Shown here: piece by piece, positions 1 through 13,349 of the stretch
How positions within the stretch are numbered: the stretch's first letter is position 1
Layout of the letters: each line of letters begins with the position of its first letter
Source: Mobula hypostoma
Taxonomy: Eukaryota
DNA length: 64,000 bases
Reading direction: 5' to 3'
NCBI RefSeq assembly: GCF_963921235.1
Contig: NC_086097.1
Span: 126,482,001 to 126,546,000, forward strand
Position numbers and translations under genes: made by a program
Notes under the pieces: model-generated
What the model was told of the DNA's origin: nothing
Seen by the model: only the letters and a program-made list of their open reading frames with translations
Database searches by the model: none

Positions 1-754
1 GCAGAGGGGAAGAAGCTGTTCTTGAATTGTTCAGTGTGTGCCTTCAGGCTTCTGTATCTCCTTCTTGATGGTAGCAATGTAAACAAGGCATGACCTGGGT
101 GATAGGGGTCGTTAATGATGGATGCACCTCTTTTAGCATCGCTTCTTGAAGACTTTAAGAATAAACCTTAAGATGTGATCAGAATCAGATTGCTAACACT
201 GACATATGCTGTGAAATTTGTTGTTTTGTGGCATCACAGTGCAAGACATAAAAAATTACAATGTTACAGTAAAGCAAATAGGTGGAGAAAAGGGATAGTG
301 AGGTAGCATTCGTAGGTTCGTGGATTGTTCAGAAATCTGTTGGCAGAGGGAAAGCAGCTGTTCTTAACATGTTGATTTAGAGTCTAGAGGTCAGACTCAT
401 TTATAAATTTTGTAAAAGTCATCTTTAATCGTGCTCCCTTTGTATTCCCCCCACATTTTTCATTAACTCCTTCCACCAATAAGATTTTACTCCTCATTAG
501 GAGCAATTTACCGTCCTCATTTAACCAATCAACCTGCACATTTTTGGGTAGTGGAAAGAAACCAGAGCAATTGGGGGAAACCTGTGCAATCACAGAGAAC
601 ATGCAAACTCCACAAAGACAGCATCCAAGGTCAGGACTGAGCCAAATCTACTAGCTGTGCCACTGGGCCACCATATTATTCTTCCCGCAAATTTGTACAA
701 ATACATCAAAGCGGGGTAGCACAAAGGTGGAATTGTTCAACTTAAACATTTAGG

Positions 755-1065
755 ACAACATGGCAGCATAGCGGTTAGCATTTTACAGCATCAGCTTTTG
801 GAAAATCAGGGTTTAATTTTCAGTGCTGCATGTAAGGAGTTTGTACGATCACCCTGTGACTGCATGGGTTTCCTCCGGGTGCTCTGGATTCCTCCCACAG
901 TCCAAAACAAAAGGGTTATTAAGTTGTAAGCATGGTATATTGGCAGAGAAAGTATTGTGACATATGTGGGCTTCACCAAGCACATTGTAAATGATGATGT
1001 AAATGACCCATTTCATTCTATGATTCAATGTTTTGATGTACGCGGGATAAATAAAGCTAATCTTT
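755..1065 (+). mobile_element. V-SINE (related copies at about 500-670 -, 23243-23700 +, 28100-28330 + and 45330-45480 -)
   Basis: V-domain GGGTTTCCTCCGGGTGCTCTGGATTCCTCCCACA after a decayed tRNA-like head. Confidence 0.75.
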
Positions 1066-1205
1066 ACCTTTTAATTACTTGTCTCCTTCATTACTTACAT
1101 TTATTCATTGTATTGATTGACTGAAGAAGGTGTGGCTCTTGCTATGTTTTCCTTACTGAAAACTTTATCTAGATGAACAGAATTTCAAATTCTGATTTTG
1201 CCTAC

Positions 1206-1355
1206 CTGGCAGACAAATATTTCTTCCATGGAAGAGAGAATGCCATCTATTTTGGACAATATTTGGCTGGTTTTCTTTATACACGTAGAATTGGTGCAAT
1301 CCCCTTTGTACGATGGTCCTTTAGCAGACAAATCCAAGCGCACTAGTTTCATATC
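1206..1355 (-). CDS. CAGE1: CAGE1-like exon (gene continues beyond the left edge)
   Basis: tgtag acceptor; DMKLVRLDLS...ILSKIDGILSSMEEIFVCQ; gtaggc donor; 50 codons, phase 0-0. Confidence 0.72.
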
Positions 1356-3091
1356 CTACATGCAATTAAACAAACACGGTTGGAACTGAAGTAAATTAAT
1401 TATTCAAAATAAACTTCGCAGAGACAGAAAAGAAAGCAAGTGATGTTTCTTCCATTCTCAGAATGTTGGCAAACAATCAAGTTGTGATATACTGAGTTTC
1501 ACTGGGTTGTAACATTTGTCCTTCTTGAAACAATTGTTTGAGTGACTGGGTGTCTCATAGGGTTGGCAAGGTGTGATACAAATAATGAAATCAAATTTGT
1601 ATGCAAGTCTGTTTGGGAAAAGTTATAAATCCCTTGCTGATTTAAAAAAACTCATCCAGTCATTTTATTTCCTGATCGTTGCCCAAATCTAAGGAATTCA
1701 ATTACAGAGCCTAGCCTTCGGGGCTTGAAGCTAAATTCATGATTTATACACATTCTTTGTTTGGTATTATAACTACTAAACTACTGAATCTTTTTTTTTA
1801 TTAACAAGGCCATGATTATTTACCATGTACCTTGAAATGAAAGGCATTCAAAAAAGGTGATGATTCACAATTAGCAGTCCAACTGTGGAAATGTCATTAT
1901 AATGCAACATACTCCCTTCGTGATGGTAAAGCATCAAGTAAAAGGGATTACTTTGCCAATTAACTAGTGAGTTTTGAGGTTATTATCAACATAAAATAAC
2001 CTGCAGTTCCAAAATAGTACCAGAGAGAGGAACTGAGACTCAAATGCAAGGGGGCGTTGTTTGATCCTGAATTACGGTCCTGGTATCACACCTCTGCTGT
2101 CATCCAGACTATTTAAAATAATTTCATCAAATACTGGCCTCATCACCCCCTCCTTTAATAAACAGTAACAGAAACATTCAAGTTTCAACTGCCTACATTT
2201 TCTCCAATGTTAAGGGCTCTTTCATCTGGCTCAGTGTACAGAGTGCCCCATACACAAATACAAAATTAGTTTCCTTGTTTCCTTTGGAGCAGTGGAGGCT
2301 GAGGAGAAACGTGACTGAAGTTTATAATATTATGTGCAGCATAGATAGAGCAGACAGCCAGCATCTTTTTCCTAGGAAGGGTAGAAATATCTAATACTAC
2401 AGGGCGTGCATTTAATGTGACAGGAAGAAAGTGGGAGCAAGTGTTTTTTTCCCCAGGAAGAGTGGTGGGTACCAGAAATATGCTGCCAGGTGTGGTAATG
2501 GAGGTAAATACAATAAGGGTATTCATGACCTCTTAAGTAAGCATATGGGTATGCAGAGAATGGAAAGACATGGATTTACGTAGGCAGAAGGGATGAGTTT
2601 ACTTAGGGTTTTAATTAGTTTGGCACAATATTGTGGGCAATAGGGCAAATCCTGTGCAGTACTGTTCTACGTTTTTAAATCTGCCTCACCATAACTTTAT
2701 AAAATCTTCACAGGCTTATCATCCAAACAGCTTTGGTCATCCAAATCTGTTATCTTTCCTGTACATCCTCCCATTCAACATTACTTGTCTTGATGCTGTT
2801 CTCCAAAGCTCTCTCACTAAGCCCACCATTAACTTCCTGAACTCTCAAACTCATTTTCTCCACTAGTTACCGACCCATGTTTCTTCAGGCATCTGCCCTC
2901 AGCAAAACAGGTTTACAGTATAACATGTTTTTAACGTCAGTCATTATGCAATTCAACTTGCTGCTGATTTCCTCTAATATATTAAAACAAAACACCTTTG
3001 AAGGAAGTTCAAGAGGTTAACAAGAAAGACCCTTCACACAACATCCATAGGTTGGGTGTTTTTCCAAATGTAAGATGCTTGAGTATCTCAC

Positions 3092-3214
3092 CAGGATAAC
3101 ATTAGCCAACATTTCCATGTCTTGCTTGATTTTTCTTTCTTTCTTTTTTGACGTCTCTTTCAATGCATCCATTTCCATTTTCAACATTTGGATCACGGTA
3201 TTGCTTTGATTTTC
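3092..3214 (-). CDS. CAGE1: CAGE1-like exon
   Basis: ggttag acceptor; ENQSNTVIQMLKMEMDALKETSKKKERKIKQDMEMLANVIL; gtgaga donor. Confidence 0.75.
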
Positions 3215-4673
3215 CTAACCAAAACAACAAAGAAGGCATGGGGGGAAGTAAAGAAAAAAGTTAAGAAATTTGTTTATTTCATTGCATTGCATTTTGTATT
3301 TACTCTATAGCACTGAAGTTTAGCTTTCCTGAATTTACAATAACTTATCGTCCTTAAAATGGCAGAAGCAGGTGAGAAGAAAGTAAGGAATGAAACGAAC
3401 TCATTCAGGCCAGAGGATACCAGTTCAGTAATTCTACTGCGTGGTGTAACAGCTATGATTTTTATCAGCCTTGTTTAGTGTTACTGCTCACTGGGCATTT
3501 GTTCTATGTCCACTATACATATGAAATACTGAGCCTACTGGTCATGTGCAAAGACATCAAATAGCAATTTTAATATCACTTTTGTTTTAAGTGGTTCATG
3601 TCTTGGGCATCGAAGTGTCCATGTCTGAACCAGTTATGTCACCTGCTACAAAGCACCCTTTTGGGGTTTCTAGGCTCCTGTCTGTTGCTGTAAAACTGCC
3701 TTGCTACATTATAGGAACAAACCTACATTTATATAAAATGCTGGGATGGCTCCAAAAGCTTTGGTTTGGATTCTATTTATTCATTTACAGGACATGGGCA
3801 TTGCTGGCAAAGTTGGCAGTTTTGCCTCCTTGAGCTGCCTTCTTAAACCCATCCTGTGAAGGTGTTGTCACGATGGTGTTGTCTATCCAGGATTTAGACC
3901 CCGTGATAACAAGCAATTGGAAATACATCTCCAATTCTGGATGGTGTAGGACTTAGGGAGAAACCTGCTGACGTGGATTCCAGTCACCCTGCTGTCCTTG
4001 TGGTTGAAGTCATGAGTTTGGGAGGTGCTGTCAAAGCAGCCACCCACCCTGAATGATTCTGCTCATGTTATAGAAACTGTCTATATGAGAGTGAATAACT
4101 AGAATTACACACTCCCAATAACTGTAACACGAGTCCCTTCCTCTTTCCCTTTCTCCAATGGTCCACTCTCCTCTCCTATCAGATTCTTCCTTCTCTAGCC
4201 CTTCACCTTTCCCACCCACAGCTTCATCTATCACCTTCCAGCTAGCCTCCTTCTCTTCCCCCCACCTTTTATTCCAGCGTCTTTCCCCCTTGCTTTCCAG
4301 TCTTGAAGAAGGATCACAGCCCAAAATGTCAATGTTTATTCATTTCCATAGATGCTGCTTAACGACTGAGTGGGTGTTGCTTTTAAAATTCTAGTATGAC
4401 CACTTAGCTCATATTACAAGTGAGGTGAGCACTTAAGAATTTATTGTGGAAATTTGTAAAATCAAGTATACACATGACTTCAAAATCAGAGGCCGAATTA
4501 TGTCTGCTGGACCAGGTTCAATTATCCCGCACCCCTGTTCTTCACTTACTCCAAAAATTATATTTGTTCTTGAATAGCAGCACCCAATGAACATGACTCA
4601 GATGCCTTGACTTTAATAAAATTCTCTAATGAAATGGCTATTGACAAATAATGTAACAATACTGACAGCATAC

Positions 4674-4955
4674 TTCCTCCTGATGCTTTACTGTGAGTTT
4701 GTTGAGTTTTTTCTTCCACTCCTTGGCATCCTGAAGGGCCAGTTTACTCTTTTTCATCTCCACCTCTGTGACCTGTTGCAATCGGCAGTTCTCACTTATC
4801 AGTGCAGCTATCTCCTGGTTCAGCTTCTCTGTGTGGACAAGCTCCATTCCGGACTGTACCCCCAAGACTTCAACCGTACTGACGAGTCTGCCGTAGCCTT
4901 TCGTGAGATGCTCCCTCTCTGCAATTCTTGCTTCTTCCTGGCTGTTGTACCCTTC
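4674..4955 (-). CDS. CAGE1: CAGE1-like coiled-coil exon
   Basis: EGYNSQEEARIAERE...KLTVKHQEE with gtatgc donor; 94 codons, phase 0-0. Confidence 0.78.
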
Positions 4956-6228
4956 CTTGTGAGAAGAAATTAAATGACTTACATTTTGTTTTACACTCTT
5001 AAATAACTTCCCAAACACAAAAATCTGATTCTCGCGACAAAGAGAAGTGGTTGAAAAAAAGGTGAAAGGATTAGGTTTAAATGGGTAAATGTGGAGAAGT
5101 CTAGGGCTGAAGACACTTGATCTGGAACACTTAAAATCCAGGGTGTGTAAAGGGACAAAGATGGTGTAAGATGGAAAAGTCCAAACGGTTGTGAGACTGC
5201 ATCTGGGTAGAGACTTGCTGAGTGTGAAGGAGTGGAAAATGAGGATGAGAAGTTTATAATCAAGGCCATTGTAGACCAACGAACACTGGCATGAAGAGCA
5301 AGATGATCTGGTGTGGTTTGGGAAACCAGGAGCAGAGTTTTGGGTCAGGTCAAATTCACAAAGGGTACCAGGACGGAGCATTGGAATTGTCAGATCCAGA
5401 GCTAATAAAAGCAGGATGAGGTTTGAAGCAGGAGGGATGAGGACGATGTTATTGGAAGTGACTAAGTACCCTTGCTGATATGGATATCAGAACATAAGGC
5501 AACTTTTTAACCTCAGCACCACTTTCAGAATCATGGAGTTAAACAGAAGCAGTCCCTTCAGCCCACTAGTTCCATGCTAACCTTTTCACCCAACTACACT
5601 AATCATCGTGGGTCCACTTCCTTCCAAGCCCTTCAAGTGCCTGTTTAAATGTCTCTTAAAGGCAGCAATTGCATCTCATTCCACCACCTCCTCTGACAGC
5701 TTATTCCAGGTATCAGCCACTCACTGTGTAAAAAATAGTGACCTAAAATATTCTTTAAAATTGCTTTCTCTGACCTAAAAACTATGCCCCCTTGCTTTTG
5801 ATTCCCTTACACAGGAAACCGATCCTACCTATCCATTTTATCTACAGTATGCCTTGTAAAATTTTGTACACCTACTGTACATTGGGTTACCCCTCCACCT
5901 CCTGTTATCTGTTCGGTGAGTGAGCGGGAGCAGCCAGAGAATGCAACACAGGCACAGGAGTGTAGAAGCTGTGAAATAGAAAGAAATAACCAGATAAACG
6001 TGCTATCCCAATAGTCTCCTTTGTTCACCTCCATCAGAGACAAACCCTCCCCCATACTCCCTGCAGCTTAATAAACTTCTTCTGTCTCCTTCCCAGGTCA
6101 ATGGATCTTTGACCTGAAATGTTAGCTGTTTCTCTTCCCGTAAGTGCAGTCTGACCTGCTGAGTATTTCTAGAATTTTTTGTTTTTACCTCACTTATGAG
6201 TAGTTAGGAAGTGAATTGTCTGGTTATA

Positions 6229-7210
6229 CAACATAGAAATCTACAGCATATTACAGGCCCTTCAGCCCACAATGTTTTGCTGACCATGTGACCTGCTCTA
6301 GAAACTGCCTAGAATTTCCCTAGCGCATAGCCCTCTATTTTTCTAAGCTCCATGTACCTATCTAAGAGTCTCTTAAAAGACCCTATTGTATACACTTCCA
6401 CCACCACCACCAGCAGTGCATTCCACGCACTCACCACTCTCTGTGTGAAAAATCTACCCAAGGTCATGTATAGCTGTAACATTACCTCATGGTTCTTGAA
6501 CTCAATCCTATGGTTGATGAATACCAACACACCATACACTTCTTAACAACACTGTCAACCTGCACAGCAGGTTTGAATATCTTATGGACATGGACCCCAA
6601 GATGTCTCAGATCCTCCACACTGCCAAGAGTCTTACCATTTATATTATATTCTGTCTTCAAATTTGATCTACCAAAATTAACCACTTTACACTTATCTGG
6701 GTTGAAGTCCAATTGCCACTTCTCAGCCGAGTCCTGCATCCTATTGATGTCCCGCTGTAACCTCTGACAAACATCCAGACTATCCACAACACCCCAAACT
6801 TTGTGTCATCAGCAAACTTATCGACCCATCCCTCCACTTCCTCATCCAGGTCACTTATAAAAATCACTAAGAGGAGGGATCCCAGAATAGATCCCTGCGG
6901 AACACCACTGGTCACTGTCCTCCATGCAGAATACGAACCATCTACAACCAACCTTTGCCTTCTGTAGGCAAGCCAGTTCTGATTCCACAAAGCAAGATCC
7001 CATGCCTCCTTACTTTCTGAAGGAGCCTGGCATGAGGAACCTTATCAAATGCCTTACTGAAATGCATATACACTACATCCACTGCTCTACCTTCATCAAT
7101 GTGTTTTGTTACATCCTCAAAGAATTCAATCAGGCTCCTAAGGCACGACCTGCCCTTGACAAAGTATGCTGACTATCCCTAATCAGATTATGTCTCACCA
7201 AATGCTCATA
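6229..7210 (-). mobile_element. CR1 LINE 3' fragment with an internal deletion
   Basis: GVPQGSILG and KFADDTK fragments; colinear with the 10791 copy. Confidence 0.92.
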
Positions 7211-7309
7211 CTTGGTTATGTGGACAAGCCCCAAATGGAATCTACACAAATTTTAGGGACATTGTGATAATTAGTCTTATTATTACACTGAGAAGAGGTA
7301 TTAACTCAG

Positions 7310-7790
7310 ACTGCTTTTCATGGACTTAGCCGTCCTTCACCAAAATCCAAAGAACCAAAGAAATTGCAGGGAGTTATGAACTTAGCTCAGTCCATCACTC
7401 GAACTGGACTCTCCTCCATTAACTCCATCTACCAGAGTAATCAGAGACACCTCCCACCCAAACATTCTGTCTTCCACGTTCTCCTATTGGACAGAAGATA
7501 CAAAGCTTTAAAGTACATACTGCTAGGCTCAAGAACAGCTTCTATTTCACTGTGATCAGACCCTTGAATGGCCCCTTCACACACTAAAGATGAACTCTTG
7601 GTCTCCTAATCTACCTCAGCTGTCCCAGCACTTTATTTGTTTAACTGCACTGCACCTTCTCTGCAGCTCCAACAATCAACCCTGCATTCTGTTTTCTTTT
7701 CACTTCCTCAGTGTGGCTACATACAGCATGATCTGTCTGACGGCACACAAAACAAAAGCATTTCACTGTTTCTCGGTCATTGACAATGAT
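7310..7790 (+). mobile_element. Rex1/Babar-type LINE 3' fragment (approximate)
   Basis: LQGVMNLAQSIT...HSVFHVLLLDRRY remnant. Confidence 0.55.
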
Positions 7791-7984
7791 AAATGAGTAC
7801 CTATAGCAATATTCGTTGATAAGAGGAGATAGGGAAAAGCATAAAACATAGGAGAAATGCAATTGGTGGAACGGTCAACAATTATAACACTTCTTGTTTC
7901 CAAGGTGAATGCACCCTGCTAATGCCCAACATTTCATCACAAATATACAGAACCCTCAAATGAAGAAATATAATTTTTTCTTAC

Positions 7985-8803
7985 TTTTAAAGACCGGAGT
8001 TGCTGTTCCAAGCTGTTTTTTTCCATTTTGATCTCAGATAAGTTTTTAAGTGCTACTTGTATCCTTTTCTCCAGTTTGTCTATTACACACAACGTTTCTT
8101 CATTCTGTGCAGCCGTAATGTTCTGACCTATTTGCAGATCCACACCCTGGTTTGCTAAGGTTTTGTTGTCACACGTCATACACTGCTGATATTCCTGGAT
8201 TTGTCTGTAATCAGCATTCAGCTTTATAACTTGAAAGTGAATATTCCTGTTGTCCTCCTCTATCTCTGACAGATGCCATTGAATTTTTTGCAACCTGTCC
8301 TTAACAATGCCTGCACTATCTTCAATTCTATCTTTTGCAAGCAAGATATTCTGGTTATACACTTGCATCTCTGTTGTAGAACACTTGTTCGAGTTGATGA
8401 CCAACTGTTCATTACTTGATGCTTCGTCCACTGGATCTGTTTTGGGAATATCACATATAGGACTTGTGATCTGTTCTTGAAGAACCTCATGGTATTGCTC
8501 AGAGATTTCTTTGAGATATGCCCCCTCATCATCTGACCATGTGTCCCCCACTTGCAGCTGCACAGCTTGAAAGTGGCCAGTAAGGCAATTCCTGCTGCCC
8601 GCTGAGTGGCTCCTTTCAACGTCCCTGCTGGTTCTTTCAGTTCGTCTGTTCCTCTTGGGGAACTTTATCGCAGTGTTTTGTTGCTTATTCACTACATCCC
8701 GGCCACTTATGTCGACACTGGCCACATATGATTCTTCCCCAGAAAAGATTACAGGATTCTCTGTGTCATCTTCACTAATTTCATCATCCTGCAATTCTTC
8801 TGC
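7985..8803 (-). CDS. CAGE1: CAGE1-like large coiled-coil exon
   Basis: 273-codon open exon AEELQDDEIS...LEKRIQVALKNLSEIKMEKNSLEQQLRSLK with gtaag donor; the C-terminal half is heptad-like. Confidence 0.8.
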
Positions 8804-10281
8804 CTTTATGCAAAATGAGATAAAAAATTCTGTTAGTACCATATCCTCCAATCCTTGCTGTATTATTTTGGTTTTTTTTCCCTTTTATAAGCAATGTGAA
8901 TTGTGCTTGCCTTGCCTTGGTTCCTTTCATGTTAGTCCTAAACATTCCCTTTGAAACAGTTGTACTGGAATTTTTCACTAAGTTGAATACTCAGAATCAG
9001 AATCTGGTTTACTATCTCTGATATATGTCATGAAATTTGTTGTTTTAGTTCAATCCAATATCTGAGACTTTACAACTCTAACATAAAGAGCTCCTGGTTC
9101 CATCATCTCTCTCCTTTTCTCTTCAGAAATTTTAGACTTTCTGAGTATTTTCTCAGCAAATGTTCTCTCTGCCAACAATAAGATTTTGAGATCCCCTCCC
9201 AAAGCAGAACATGCATGTCATAATATCCTTGTGGCAAGAGAGCTATCGAATCGCAGAGTGGAAAATAACATTGTAAAGACCCATGGCAGGCAGTATCCGG
9301 GGAGAAACAAGGAGTGTCTAGGCTTCAGGGTAATGTCCCTTCATCAGTTCATCATCCTAATAAAATTTTGACTACTCAGCTTGTGAGTAAAGCTTTCTCC
9401 CCCTGAATTCCTTATTGGATTTTTTTGTGACAGGCTTAGTTTCAGATCATCCCATATGAAAAGAAGTTCTTACCTCACCTAGTTCTCTTTCAACAGATGC
9501 TCTGGGCATTTTTAACATTTTCCTTTTCATTTTGGTCTTCCAACATCTGCAGTGTTTTGTGTGTGAATTACTGATGTGAAACTATCTCACGCTGGGATCC
9601 CACTAGCTTTCAATTTCCATCTTTCAACTTGTTGACTACCTTTCAAAGTGCACTAAGCCTGTGGAATATTTTTGTTGTTTTACCAAATCCTATTCTTCGG
9701 AAAGAAGAGGCACGGGAAATTATTTTCACATGGTATCACTGTCTAACACTAAGACTGTCACTAACAAACCCAATAAGGAATTCAGGAAGAAAGTAATTAT
9801 TCACAGTGCTGAGTAGTTGAAATTTATTACAGAAAGAATGGTTGGAGCAAACAGCATTTATGCCTCCAAAGGGAGGCTGCATGTGGATGAGGGAGAATGG
9901 AACAGACGCATGAGGCAACAGAGTGCGATGTAACAGCATGAGGGGGGTGTAATGGGCACAAACACAAGCACAGACTGGCTGGATCAAATACCCAATTTTT
10001 ATGGTGCAAGTTCTGTGAACTTTTGCATAATAAAAAGTTCTATATACCTTTATTTCACACTGCAACAAAGCATATTGTAGTGAGACATTTCATTGCATTA
10101 AAGTGAATTACAAACTGAATGCAGAGCAGGGATCCCAGCGTTTTTTATGCCACGGACCAGTACAATTAAACAAGGGTCCTTGGACCCCAGTTTGGGAACT
10201 CCTGTCTTTTTGTTCTTCGTTGCAACATTGCTTTGAAAAATATGGACTGAGGGAACAGGAAAACAGTGGGGAACCTCTTAC

Positions 10282-10488
10282 TTCATGTTTAGATCTATTA
10301 CACCATATCTGAAGCAACTTTGTTTGAAGCTCTTCTGCCAATTCTTGATGAGTCTTGATTAAAGATTTAAAATCATCAAGCTGTTTAGCAACAAAATAAT
10401 GCAGTTTCATCTGTGAATTTTCAGTGACCTTTGTATCATTTCCCCATAGTTCTTTCTTCAACTGATCTCTTTTGAAGACATCTTTCAT
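10282..10488 (-). CDS. CAGE1: CAGE1-like exon
   Basis: ttttccttttag acceptor; MKDVFKRDQLKKELW...RSKHE; gtaaga donor; 69 codons, phase 0-0. Confidence 0.75.
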
Positions 10489-10790
10489 CTAAAAGGAAAA
10501 CTGGGTTTCATTTAAACAATTAGTAGCTGCTGGGCTGAAGGGCTCACATGACTCATAACTGTGATTTAACTCGAAGTTAACAATAAAGTGACTAACTTTT
10601 CAAATTCAACGTATATTTATTATCAAAGTATATATGCAGTATACAACTCTGAGATTCATCTTTCGACAGACACATAACAAAGAAGAACCACAGAAACCAT
10701 TCAAAGAAAGAAAGACATAACCAAACCCCCCCTCCCCGTCCCCACGCTAAAAAATATTGTGCAGACAACAACAAAAATAAACAAGTGTAA

Positions 10791-12568
10791 ACTTGATAGG
10801 ACCTATCAAGTGTTTCAGTGGGAAAGTGTGTATGGGACCGGAGGAAATAGCAGGGGTACTTAATGAATACTTTACTTCAGTATTCACTATGGAAAAGGAT
10901 CTTGGTAATTGTAGTGATGACTTACAGCAGACTGAAAAGCTTGAACATGTAGATATTAAGGAAGAGGATGTGCTGGAGCTTTTGGAAAGCATCAAGTTGG
11001 ATAAGTTGCCGGAACCGGACGAGATGTACCCCAGGCTACTGTGGGAGGCAAGAGAGGAGATTGCTGAGCCTCTGGTGATGATCTTTCCATCATCAATGGG
11101 GACGGGAGAGATTCCGGAGGATTGGAGGGTTGCGGATGTTGTTCCTTTATTCAAGAAAGGGCATAGAGATAGCCCAGGAGATTATAGACCAGTGAGTCTT
11201 ACCTCAGTGGTTGGTAAGTTGATGGAGAAGATCCTGAGAGGCAGGATTTATGAACATTTGGAGAGACATAATATGATTAGGAACAGTCAGCATGGCTTTG
11301 TCAAGGGCAGGTCGTGTCTTACGAGCCTGATTGAATTTTTTGAGGATGTGACTAAACACATTGATGAAGGAAGAGCAGTAGATGTAGTGTATATGGATTT
11401 CAGCAAGGCATTTGATAAGGTACCCCATGCAAGGCTTATTGAGAAAGTAAGGAGGCATGGGATCCAAGGGGACCTTGTTTTGTGGATCCAGAACTGGCTT
11501 GCCCACAGAAGGCAAAGAGTGGTTGTAGACAGGTCATATTCTGCATGGAGGTCGGCTACCAGTGGTGTGCCTCAGGGATCTGTTCTGGGACCCCTACTCT
11601 TCGTGATTTTTATAAATGACCTGGATGAGGAAGTGGAGAGATGGGTTAGTAAGTTTGCTGATGAGACGAAGGTTGGAGGTGTTGTGGATAGTGTGGAGGG
11701 CTGTCAGAGGTTACAGTGGGACATTGATAGGATGCAAAACTGGGTTGAGAAGTGGCAGATGGAGTTCAACCCAGGTAAGTGTGAAGTGGTTCATTTTGGT
11801 AGGTCAAGTATGATGGCAGAATATAGTATTAATGGTAAGACTCTTGGCATTGTGGAAGTTCTTAGGGATCTTGGGGTCCGAGTCCATAGGACGCTCAAAG
11901 CAGCTGCACAGGTTGCCTCTGTGGTTAAGAAGGCGTACGGTGTATTGGCCTTCATCAATCGTGGAATTGAATTTAGGAGCCGAGAGGTAATGTTGCAGCT
12001 ATATAGGAACCTGGTCAGACCCCACTTGGAGTACTGTGTTCAATTATGGTCGCCTCTCTACAGGAAGGATGTAGAAGCCATAGAAAGGGTGCAGAGGAGA
12101 TTTAGAAGGATCTTGCCTGGATTGGGGAGCATGCCTTATGAGAATAGGTTGAGTGAACTTGGCCTCTTCTCCCTAGAGCGACGGAGGATGAGAGGTGACC
12201 TGATAGAAGTGTATAAGATGATGAGAGGCATTGATTGTGTGGATAGTCAGAGGCTTTTTCCCAGGGCTGAAATGGTTGCCACAAGAGGACACAAGTTTAA
12301 GGTGCTGGGGAGTAGGTACAGAGGAGATGTCAGGGGTAAGTGTTTTATTCAGAGAGTGGTGAGTGCGTGGAATGGGCTGCCGGCAATGGTGGTGGAGGCG
12401 GATACGATAGGGTCTTTAAACAGACTTTTGGATAGGTACATGGAGCTTAGAAAAATAAAGGGCTATAGGTAAGCCTAGTAATTTTTAAGGTAGGGACATG
12501 TTCGGCACAACTTTGTGGGCCGAAGAGCCTGTATTGTGCTGTAGGTTTTCTATGGTTCTATGTTTCTA
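10791..12568 (+). mobile_element. CR1 LINE, 5'-truncated, with an uninterrupted 559-aa ORF2 C-terminal part (RT)
   Basis: YRPVSLTSVVGK, QHGF, DFSKAFD, GVPQGSVLGP, FADET and RRRMRGDLIEVYK motifs; TTCTATG-type tail. Confidence 0.96.
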
Positions 12569-13282
12569 ACACAGAATAAAAAACACAAAATCAGAAGGCA
12601 TACTTCAGTTCAGATCAGTCTTCATTATCTGCAGGCCGCTCCAATCCAAACTGCCCAAACTAGCACCCAAAAAAAGGGGCGGCCCAAAAGCAGTACACAT
12701 CATAAATGTGAACTTAGACACCTTCTGAAAACTAGCTTGAAATTGTGGATTTGCACAGTTGGAAGAAACTTGTCAATGAGCAGCGACATAATGTTCTAAT
12801 TAAATTCAGATGTAGAGATGTCTGCAGGTGCATCACAAGTAGTATGGACAATACTGTTCCCAGTGATATGACAGAACTCTCAGTTTTTGTATTTCACTAT
12901 ATCAAAGGAATTTGAACTCTGTGATGGGCCTGTCAACCATCTGCTTTGTGGCATTAAAAAGACTTGCTTATAAATCTACTGCATTTATGGATTTAACGTT
13001 AAACTCCTTTCAGGTAGGAAATGGATCCTCCCTTTCACTCAACATGCAATAATTAAGTAACAGTCCTAGTTATTTATAACACAAAACATTAAGAGGATTA
13101 CAGCTGATAAGACAGAATGATTTAAAGATAAGGACAACATCCTACAGTCTGAAATTGTCAAAGATAATGCACAGTAGTACACTGGATAACAATGAGCAAA
13201 TTAGAAAAAAACTCAGTAGTTTCCTTAAGAATAATTTTTTGTCTTATCTGCACTCTTCATAATATTGAAAAGCTGACACCAC

Positions 13283-13323
13283 CTGCACTTCTTGAAAGGT
13301 TTCTTTGAAAAATGGAATATTAG
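13283..13323 (-). CDS. CAGE1: CAGE1-like 41-nt exon
   Basis: tttctcctttctccaag acceptor; (A)NIPFFKETFQEVQ; gtggtg donor; phase 1 to 0. Confidence 0.5.
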
Positions 13324-13349
13324 CTTGGAGAAAGGAGAAAGTAAATGCT

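Noticed and set aside
1099..1168. Additional small minus-strand exon
   Set aside because: It would need an intron of only about 36 nt from the 1206 exon.
4638..5381. 247-aa ORF as a single-exon gene
   Set aside because: Only 4674-4955 is bounded by splice sites and coiled-coil-like; the upstream part is intronic.
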